Source of the DNA: Haliotis rufescens
Lineage: Eukaryota
NCBI RefSeq assembly: GCF_023055435.1
Contig: NW_025963779.1
Coordinates: 6,634,001-6,698,000 of the forward strand
Direction of reading: 5' to 3'
Length of the DNA stretch: 64,000 nucleotides
Shown here one piece after another: positions 1 to 8,945 of the stretch. Position 1 is the first letter of the stretch. Each line of letters begins with the position of its first letter. A model generated the notes under the pieces. That model did not search any database. It saw only the letters and a list, made by a program, of their open reading frames with translations, and was not told the origin of the DNA. The translations under genes and the position numbers were made by a program.

Positions 1-276
1 AATTAAGTCGAGATGTATGACTAATATGCTGTTTCGGCTACGTTGTTATAAAACACCATCCTTATCTTATAACAATGACCTTGAAATATTTTGTAAGCAA
101 CTCAAATCCATGGAGGATAAATATAACATGGTATTGTTCAAAAACATTTTACTTGAACTTATATATGTAAAATGAGTGTATCATACTAATGTGCCAACTT
201 GATTTTAAGGAACGTTTGATGGTCACAACGTTTGTATTCACTGATTTAAACTCACACCCAGTTCATCAAATTAACT

Positions 277-445
277 CCTGGTTAGAAAATGTATTGTTCT
301 TCAGCAACCAATGCTTGTCGTAGGAGACGACTCATGGGATCGGGTTGCTCAGGATCAGGCTCGCTGATTTGGTTGATGGATGTCATCGTATTCCATTTGC
401 GTAGATTGATGCTCATGATGTAAATCACTGAATTATCAGGTCATA
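277..445 (+). mobile_element. Degenerate SINE-like/non-autonomous retroelement fragment with GTCGTAAGAGGCGAC-type (Meta-domain-like) hairpin
   Basis: GGTTAGAA...CAGCAACCAATGCTTGTCGTAGGAGACGAC resembles the LINE 5' UTR module at 7055-7104 and the reverse-strand copies at 52460-52712; boundaries approximate. Confidence 0.6.
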
Positions 446-1599
446 CCGATGTCACATACATTCAAGTATAAAAGAAGTGCCTAAGGAAGAGCATCTTGTT
501 GGAAGATCAGATCTGAAATACATGATTAACATATTTAACTAAACTCAAATATGATTCTTATACAGTAAACCTACTTTGAAAGTGTAACATTGGAAAGGTG
601 AAAGGATTAAGGTACTGAACTATATACATGAACCCTACATAAAATGGTAATGGACTCATATATGGTATGCGAATTTAAATAATATTTCATAATGATTTAT
701 TCAACACGAACTAATAATTCATAGTTTGTATCTGAACCACGTTGACGTGAAAAAGCTGCATCCTCACTATCGGTTAATGTACATATCAACACTCTGTTGG
801 AGATAATGAAACTAGTCAAACCAACAAACCAAGGGGCGGATCATTTGATATTTTATAGGCTTCACAGTTCTGTTATTATAGTGACAGACATTGTGATGTC
901 CATATCATCATGAAACATAAGGGCTTTGGCTTGATTAACTGACTCTCATTAAAATATCATCTGCGACACAAAACAACTGCCTACAGTATAAATAATCCAA
1001 TATTGCCAAGCAGTGAAGCAAGAGGAAACTATTTTATACACCTGTTCATGATAACGTGTTTCCGTCTCCCTCGAATCATAAATGAAACATTCGTTGAGTC
1101 TCACAGTCAAGTTGTTAAACATTGCTAATAAATTGTGAAATTCAATCACAAAACTCTGTCATACATAAAATGATTCTGATCAAATTCGACAAATTCTTGT
1201 ATGCTTTTTCATTCCATGTGATGCTTAGTTCTAGTTTTGCAGGAGTTTTACATAGGATAGAAAAGAACGCAAATATATAAGTAAATCCATTTTGATTATT
1301 ATGCTAGAATGTCCCAGAATTTCGGCGAAAGAGCAAATGAATTTATCTATATCAGTTAATAAGTTTGAAGTGGATTAAACAAACTGGCACAGCTGACTAT
1401 GTCGTGTCAATACGAGTGGCGACCCTTGTTTCGTTATTCCTGAACACCCCCCTCCAACAGCCTACCGTTGGAGTCTTGAAAAACTGTTTGAAGAATGTAT
1501 GAAGCACATATTAAACATGTAGCTGGTGTTTTCACACCAAACATCCCATCATTTCGAAACTTCTACTCGGATTGACACAATCAAAACAATGGAATTTGG

Positions 1600-2230
1600 A
1601 CAAGAAATTTAACTTAGGTTTCAGGAATATCGATGGTCTAAAATCGTTCAATAATGGGCAAATAGGCAATTCCCTTCCACTGATTTATCTATCTGAGCTA
1701 CAAATGATGGAGACCTCGTCTGATTCGTATTTAGATCCGTGGAGATTCGGAGATTCGGAGTGCCCGCGGACCTGTATGCCAAGAGGGATGACTTCGGCTT
1801 TCCAACGGTCAACTTTCCCTTCATGTCCAGCAATATTCCAGCGGTTCCTGCCTTTGGTGTCATCACTGATTTGCAATGATCCACCCATGCTATTGTCAAC
1901 GCTGTTTTGCCTTTCAGGTCCAATGGAATCTGTTTCGGCGGATAATAGAGCCTGGTTATTCTCTGGCGTTGACAATTTATATGTTTTCATTTCCAAACAT
2001 CTGCTGTACAATCGAGCATGCTCTTTCTCAAGATTTCAAAGAGCGTCAATTGGCTTTTTATTAATGGTTGTTTGATAAGGGTTACAACTCTCAAGGCCTT
2101 GGTAATTTTAAAGCCCTCAATGGGTTTTAAGGTAAAAACTGTGGAAGCCATTTCAAAATTTGACGCAGTAGTAGTGATAAATTTGATGTAATATGCAATT
2201 CCATATTTTGACTATTTTCACACTCTTTGG
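1600..2230 (+). pseudogene. Penelope-like retroelement RT remnant (frameshifted)
   Basis: Pieced translations FNLGFRNIDGLKSFNN (cf. FRYIDD), SYLD, YAKRDDFGFPTVNFPFMSSNIPAVPAFGV and FISKHLLYNRACS are typical of PLE RT C-terminal motifs; boundaries approximate. Confidence 0.7.
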
Positions 2231-2792
2231 GTTCCCGTGGGGTTTTTTTGCCGAATGACAATTGGTTTGCCATAGTATATGTTTGTGTTTGTATCATCGT
2301 TATTTGGTTGTGATTAATAAACACATATGATATGGTCGGGATCTAACAGTGTATTTTAACTGGGATTTCTTAGGATCATAGAACGGTTTTTATCGAGTCT
2401 ATTGAAGTGATAAGTGGAACAGATTAAAAACAAAAGAAAAACCTGCAGAAAATATTGAACATAAACAATTTTCGTGACAAGTAAACTGTTACTTCGGAAC
2501 TTCAAATATAGTGAGTGAACCACTTGCTATTAAAACAACTTTATTTTAGCAAACACGGCATGACACATATACCTTCACAGTATGTGTGAACATGAAATAA
2601 TACGATCAGTTATGGCGAATAAGAGAACAGAAAAACGGACGGGTGGTATGCAAATATAAACTTGCTTTCTAAACTGCAGGTGGTATATTTACACTAAAAC
2701 AAGTAATTTATCAAAATGGCGACATCTGTGTTCTTTGCATCGGATCGGAAAGCAATACACTTTCGTTTCATGTTTTCAACTAAGTTTAATTA

Positions 2793-3093
2793 AACAAAGA
2801 GTTTTCAGACAATATTGGCGCATATTTAAGTATATTTAAAGTGACATTTTCATAAACAATACCATCTGCAATTCTGCCTTAAGCTATAATTATTAATATC
2901 TATCAAATGTTTCCAATCAGTCTTCATCAGGGATGTAAGATTAATTCAACAAAGAGTTTTCAGACAATATTGGCGCATATTTAAGTATATTTAAAGTGAC
3001 ATTTTCATAAACAATACCATCTGCAATTCTGCCTAAAGCTATAATTATTAATATCTATCAAATGTTTCCAATCAGTCTTCATCAGGGATGTAA
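2793..3093 (+). repeat. Direct tandem duplication, 2 x ~146 bp (2793-2938, 2948-3093), homologous to the apextrin upstream region
   Basis: Near-identical units; both contain ATACCATCTGCAATTCTGCC...TCAAATGTTTCCAATCAG, also found ~100 bp upstream of each apextrin TATA box. Confidence 0.85.
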
Positions 3094-3341
3094 TCATTAT
3101 TATAGACACCTGTTGAGACACATGTTGCTTGGCACAAGAGACAAATCATCTATAAAGGTAGACAGAAACATTTTCTCAATATACTGTTTACATTTAAAAA
3201 AACGCCTGTAATAAACCATCCTATCCATGTCGACGGGATATAAGTAAGGTCTTGTTTTAGTGTCAACGCCTAGGCAAATTTCCCTTTTACTGTTTGAGAA
3301 AAACTGCGAGCACGAGATGTTCTGTACTTATAAAATTAACG

Positions 3342-3603
3342 CGTTAACACCGCTTTAAGCGGTATTCAAGTTATATCACGGCGTGTTAGCTTAATGTGGG
3401 AGGAAAGCCCGAAGCGATGCAGGTTTCATACGTTTACCAGTTTGGTGAAATTCACGAGAACGGATATGGTGCTGACAAACTTAGACACATAATCGGGGAG
3501 AACTAGGATCAAATCCACGATCATAGGTGTCTGGCGTGCCCAAAGTACAAAACTCTCCAAATTGAATTGCGTTGCCTTACACGACTGGGCCACCCGTTCC
3601 CCT
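3342..3603 (-). mobile_element. tRNA-derived SINE (family A), diverged copy
   Basis: Homologous to 15940-16218; minus-strand head GGGTGGCCCAGTCGTGTAAGGC. Confidence 0.75.
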
Positions 3604-5899
3604 ATAGTTAAAGATACAGTATTAAGTTAACAATATCAACAGAATAATGTCTTCACATCTGAGATTTAAAACAACACAAGCCAGTAATAGATTTCGTCTC
3701 TCTTTTCACGAGTAGCCACTCTTAAGCGTGTTATCCCTGAAATCTTCTCTCCAAACAATCTGGTATTTCCTGCATAATCAATCAAGCTGTGTTTTAAGAC
3801 GTGTTGTAGAATGATTGAAACACCTGTGCAATTTAAACACGCAGTGGGTTTTTTCACATTTAACGTCCGACTATCTGTTTAGTGATGAGGATGTTTCTCA
3901 GACACAAGGTCGGTACTTAAAGTTACCGTTCAGAGCCGAGAAAACCTGCGACAAATAGTTGTGCTCAAAAAAAAAAATCTACTTCAACTAGATAACTCAT
4001 ATACATCTTCCAAACTTTTCCTAACAAGTTGACATCTTGGATATAACTCTAACTTTTAACGAAAAACATGTTCCTGTGCTGGCTGACATTGCATTTAATG
4101 TGTATTATGCTGTTTTGTTGTAGCTGCGGATATATACAACATGTGTGATACGTACAACATAGTGTTTAGAATATCACTACTTTTGTCGCAAGTGGAATTA
4201 AACTTTGTTACAAACGGCATCAACTACCCGATGAAGAACATTTTCATACATGACCGTCTCAACTGACTTGCAAACCAAAGTCAAATGGTGTGGAGGTTTT
4301 ATCCAAGAAAAATATCGGGCAGAAGCCAGTGATTGATATGTGCAACATCCACGCACTCAGGGATCGAAGCCTCTTTTTGTGACAAGCATTAAGTTGTTGG
4401 ATGGGGCCTTGTTCTAACCCGTAATCACCGAGGGGTATATGCACGTACCTTACAGAAAATGACTGTATTTGAAGTTTATGGAATGCACGAGCTTTGAAAC
4501 TGCTAATATATTATTGACTCATCGTAAACAGTTTACATTAGAACTTAAGAACAAAACAAACGATTAAAAATACTTTTATATGAAAATATATGGAAAATCA
4601 TCAACAAGACATCATTTAAATATCTATCAAGCACAAAGATAAGACGGTTTTATCTTTTTCGCGAAGACCTGGTGTCTTTCTCATATTTTCGGTGACCCAT
4701 TCATATAATTTTCATCACAATTTCCACTTTTATGTCCAATGGTATCTGTTTCGGCAAATAATCGAGCTTTTCTTCTGGGATTGACATTTTATATTGAGTG
4801 TTGTATTATCGAAAGATGTCTATCTACAAATGATATGTTTTATAAGAAGAGATATGTTGGAAACACTGTAAAGGAGGATAACAATACCAGAACTACTCTA
4901 TGAACAAGCAAAACAAGCCAAGACGTTAGTCAGGAACTTCAATTTACATAGAGAACAACATGTCAAGTTAAATGCTTGTCAAGTTTTCTTTTCTTGAAAC
5001 AGAAATTTAAATTAAAATCGGAAAAACCTTTCCGTGTAGTAACTTTGAATATTACAAAAATAATTCTACTTCAACTAGATAACTCATATACATCTTCAAA
5101 ACATTTCAAAACAAGTTGACATCTTGGATATAACTCTAACTTTAACGAAAAACATGGTTCTGTGCTGGCTAACATTGCATTTAATGTGTATTATACTATT
5201 TTGTTGTAGCTGAGTACATGTACAACATGTGTGATACGTAAAACATAGTGTTTAGAATCTCACTACTTTTATCGCAAGTGGAATGGTATCTGTTTCGGCA
5301 AATAATCGAGATTTTTTTCTAGGGTTGACATTTCATATACATTGTTGTATCATAGGAAGATGTCTTTCGACAAATGATCTGTTTTATAAGAAGAGATATG
5401 TTGCAAACACTGTAAAGGAGAATAACAATACCAGAACTACTCTATGAATGCAAATAAAAGACAATAAGGAATAAACTGGATTAACTAAAGGTAAATACAT
5501 TACTAAAAAAAAGATACGTGTGTTTGGATATCAAGAAAGAAGGAATGATGTGTTAACTCCTTGTCACAATTTCGAAAATTGTATTTTTCATAGACAAGTA
5601 TTGAATATTGTATCTACTTAAGATTACGAGAAATATTTATGGCTATCCAATGGCTGTTTTTTCCTTAAACCGTCATACATTCATAAGATGTTTTGCCGTC
5701 ATAAATTATTCAAATCTTATAAAATAGGCGCAAAACAGAATATTATTCTCGATATATTTTCATTTCAGCTGATAAAGAGAGTTCAACAGACAAAGGAATT
5801 GCAGTTCTCTGAATTATTTACTTATATTGTGATACATAGGAACAGAAGGACACCAATCTGCAATATGTAAGTAACGAATTCATTAACGAACTTTCATTG

Positions 5900-6021
5900 T
5901 TATACCATCTGCAACTCTGCCTTGAGCTATGATTAAATTAATCAAATGTTTCCAATCACAATACGGAAGTATGATATACACCTGTTGATGACGCGAAAAC
6001 AGTGTTTCTGCCATGTATAAA
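5900..6021 (+). promoter_or_regulatory. Putative core promoter of apextrin copy 1 (TATAAA 6016-6021). Equivalent TATA boxes at 16641, 27828, 31365 and 35553
   Basis: TATAAA ~90-95 nt upstream of the ATG in all five copies, preceded by CACCTG and TGACG motifs; AATAAA follows each stop (e.g. 6907-6912). Confidence 0.65.
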
Positions 6022-6111
6022 TGTTACAGATGGCTCTCTCAGCATCATTGAAGTCTCGAGGAGTCCCACAGTCAGGATCTCATCTCAGGCCGTTACGACT
6101 ACCTAACTACC

Positions 6112-6855
6112 ATGAACGTCCTTCTCATTCTGACCGCTGTTCTGGCTGTCTCCTATGCTCGAGACTGTGGACACACAACGGAAACCCCAACGTCCAACCC
6201 CACTGAAGCCCCGACTACACTACAAATACCTACAACATGGCCTGAAGGATCCTTTGCTCTGCCTCAGACCAACGATGGCTGTCCTGGTAGTGAGTGGAAG
6301 GATGGAGCTTTCTATCAAGACACTGAAGATTATTACAACGGAAATACCTGGAACACCACCAATATGAGCGGAATTAAGAAGAAAGACGGTTATTTAAATA
6401 CTTATTGCATCATGGAGGGCACCACTGCCAGATCTGGGAGTTGGCCGGCCGGTACCTACTGCATCTTGAGGAAGAACGGCGTCTGCCCAGGAGGTTTCCA
6501 GGAAGGTTCCCTTCTTTGGGATGATGAGAACAACTACAACATGAACCATGTCTCAGACCAGAGCACCCTCCCCGATGGTGAGTTCAACAAAGACACCAAG
6601 CTGTTTTATTGTTGCCGAGAGGATGCTTCTCCAGCTCAAGAGATAGCCTTGCCAACATCTGCCCCCTTCTACCTCCTGATGAAGACAGGCGTGTGTCAGA
6701 GCGTCGCTGGGATGTCGGTGACAGTGGAGACGATGTTTTGGGATGATGAAGACACCAACAACCACAATGCCAGAGAAGGATCCACTCCCTTTCAAACTGG
6801 AAGTCCTGCCAACATTCATCTCAACTACTGCTACTACTCTCCTACAACACTGTAA
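6112..6855 (+). CDS. Apextrin-like secreted protein (ApeC domain), copy 1, 247 aa, single exon
   Basis: Signal peptide MNVLLILTAVLAVSYA and Thr/Pro linker, then WPEGSFALPQTNDGCP, QDTED, WPAGTYCI, CPGGF, WDDEN, LPDG, YCCR, WDDED and YCYY, the motifs typical of the apextrin C-terminal domain; good Kozak context ACCATG. Confidence 0.92.
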   Translation: MNVLLILTAVLAVSYARDCGHTTETPTSNPTEAPTTLQIPTTWPEGSFALPQTNDGCPGSEWKDGAFYQDTEDYYNGNTWNTTNMSGIKKKDGYLNTYCIMEGTTARSGSWPAGTYCILRKNGVCPGGFQEGSLLWDDENNYNMNHVSDQSTLPDGEFNKDTKLFYCCREDASPAQEIALPTSAPFYLLMKTGVCQSVAGMSVTVETMFWDDEDTNNHNAREGSTPFQTGSPANIHLNYCYYSPTTL

Positions 6856-6983
6856 ATTGTTCAAGAATGTAATCAAAAGGCTTGGGAGAGGTGTATTCTG
6901 CACTGTAATAAATGATATATTTTTCAAGAACTGTGTTGTTACATTTATGCGCTTTCTAGGTACACATACTCCTATTTTATTCA

Positions 6984-7041
6984 GGCACTCGTGAAGAGCA
7001 ACCTCCTCGTGGTGAGTGCTGGGTAGCGCTAATAGCTCTTC
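6984..7041 (+). ncRNA. HDV-like self-cleaving ribozyme (minimal P4) at the LINE 5' end
   Basis: P1 GGCACTC(6984-6990)/GAGTGCT(7014-7020) with G1-U wobble; P2 GAAGAGCA(6993-7000)/T-A-GCTCTTC(7033-7041); P3 ACC/GGT; L3 TCCTCGT; P1.1 CC(7005-7006)/GG(7021-7022); J4/2 GCTAA with candidate catalytic C7029. Confidence 0.88.
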
Positions 7042-7667
7042 CCCCGTGTGGAACCGGGGTAGAATATTTCCACAGCACCCCATTGCTGGTCGTAAGAGGC
7101 GACCAAAGTGGGCAGCCCGTTTGCCGTGGGTTGCGTCCCTGTGTCGGCGGAGGACGGGAGTCTGGTAGTTGAGGGCACTGGTTCCTGGAACTGTGTTCCT
7201 TTGCCCAACACACTACTTCGACCCTTACTTCGCCTAGACGGGTGGTAAGATGGGCCCGGTCTTATCAATCGGCTGGTCATGCCAGGCCCTGTGCGTAATA
7301 TTGTAAATGCACACATGTGTTGTATTTTGATGTATATTTTGGCCTTGGCCATGCATAATTTGTGTGAATTAACTATTTTGGATTATATAAATTGCCTAGA
7401 GTCTTACGCCAGAAGGCGGTGGCTCATGGGCCAATCTGGTGATGTTGACCTCCAAATTCAATATGTATCCAATTACTTGTCATGGGCCGAACCAGCCTGG
7501 CATTTAATTTGGTATACAAATATTGCTATTTGCGTCATACTTGCTGGAGTATATCATCCCTGTATCCCTGGTGTTTGCATGTTGGAGTTCCGGTGCAACA
7601 AAACATCGCTCTTTGTAGCACTCCTTGGTGGGTGGGGAGCAGGGGTGCTGAATTACTATATTTCACC

Positions 7668-8945
7668 ATGTCACACCAAAACCCTGGTTCAACCCGTTCC
7701 AAACGAAGACATGTCGATCTTGATGACATTGATCAAAGTGAACAATTATCTCGTGGCTTAGATTCCTGGTCCCGTTTTATTGTGATTGAGGCAGCTAACA
7801 AACAACCTATTAAGCTAAATCCATTCGCCATTTCCAAAGCTGTTTTAGGAATTTGCGGAGAAGTGAACAATGTTACACGTCTTCGCAGTGGCTCTCTTCT
7901 CGTTGAGTGTACACGGAGACAGCAATCTCTGAATCTTTTGTCTGTAACTACATTCGCAAATATTGAGGTTGCTGTGTCCGTCCACAAAACCTTGAATTCT
8001 TGCCGAGGCATTGTTCGAGACAGAGCTCGCTGCCTGTCCGACATGTCAGAGCAGGAAATTACTGATGAACTGACAACTCAAGGGGTAACAGCAGTTAAGC
8101 GTTTTACTATGAAATCGAGAGATGGTGACATCATCCCGTCAAACACTTATCTGCTTACATTTGCTCTTTCGGCCCTTCCTAAGTCAATCAAAGCTGGTTA
8201 TCTCAACATCGGAGTGGAGGTGTATGTCCCCAATCCACTCCGTTGTTTCAAGTGCCAAAAGTTTGGACATGGTTCTAAATTTTGCAATCACTCTGTAGTC
8301 TGTCAGCGCTGTGGCGAAGGCCATGACAACACTGACTGCACGGCTGAAGTGAAATGTGCCAACTGCAAAGGAACACATCTGGCTTCATCAAAGTTATGTC
8401 CTGAATGGCAAAAACAGACAAAAATCCTGAAGCTCAAACATGAGAACAATATCTCGTTTTACGAGGCTAAGAAGCTCATTGAAAATCAATCTCCACAAAC
8501 TCCACTAACCAGAACATATTCTGCTGCTGTAGCTATCGCTACTCCTGCAAATCCTACAAAAACATCCATTTCTATCCAGACAGATTTGACATGGATTACA
8601 TCCGATCAACCTGTTAACATATCTTCTGTAGTAACTTCACATACATCTTCCACTCAAACAGTAGGCCCATCCGAACCTTTGACTGCTGAAGCTGGTGTGG
8701 AGTCTGTTGCTAAAGATCCAGAGGCTGTAGAACCAGCTACTATCGAATCTGCCGTTGTTACTCTGACAAGAAAAGAAAGAAAAAAATTAAACAGAAAACA
8801 AACTCCTTTGAAATCCTCGTCTTCAGAGGTTTTTCTCAACAACCCCTTTGATGCTCTTGACATGGATGTCACCCCATCTCCAGAGACCAGAAGGGGTTCT
8901 TCTTCCTCACATTCTCGTGAGCGTTCACCAATTGAGCCACCGTGA
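7668..8945 (+). CDS. LINE ORF1, gag-like nucleic-acid-binding protein
   Basis: Three knuckles CFKCQKFGHGSKFC, CQRCGEGHDNTDC and CANCKGTHLASSKLC; frame is open from 7482, and ATG 7668 (CACCATG) is the inferred start. Confidence 0.88.
   Translation: MSHQNPGSTRSKRRHVDLDDIDQSEQLSRGLDSWSRFIVIEAANKQPIKLNPFAISKAVLGICGEVNNVTRLRSGSLLVECTRRQQSLNLLSVTTFANIEVAVSVHKTLNSCRGIVRDRARCLSDMSEQEITDELTTQGVTAVKRFTMKSRDGDIIPSNTYLLTFALSALPKSIKAGYLNIGVEVYVPNPLRCFKCQKFGHGSKFCNHSVVCQRCGEGHDNTDCTAEVKCANCKGTHLASSKLCPEWQKQTKILKLKHENNISFYEAKKLIENQSPQTPLTRTYSAAVAIATPANPTKTSISIQTDLTWITSDQPVNISSVVTSHTSSTQTVGPSEPLTAEAGVESVAKDPEAVEPATIESAVVTLTRKERKKLNRKQTPLKSSSSEVFLNNPFDALDMDVTPSPETRRGSSSSHSRERSPIEPP

Noticed and set aside
2905-2935. 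Minus-strand CTGATGA-AGACTGATTG-GAAAC resembling a minimal hammerhead core (duplicated at ~3060-3090)
   Set aside because: Stem II does not pair, there is no stem III or NUH site, and the region is better explained as an apextrin promoter relic
4738-5448. Recurrent ~165-bp spacer modules or the 21-bp repeat as a CRISPR-like array
   Set aside because: Eukaryotic context, no unique spacers between constant repeats and no cas genes
7042-7112. Superficial pistol-ribozyme-like layout (P1 + loop pseudoknot + UAGAAUA)
   Set aside because: The P2/P3 arrangement and cleavage-site context of pistol are missing; kept only as an unassigned structured module
6553-7352. Antisense and alternate-frame ORFs over apextrin copies and the LINE 5' UTR
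   Set aside because: Shadow ORFs with no recognisable motifs; they recur only because the underlying DNA is duplicated
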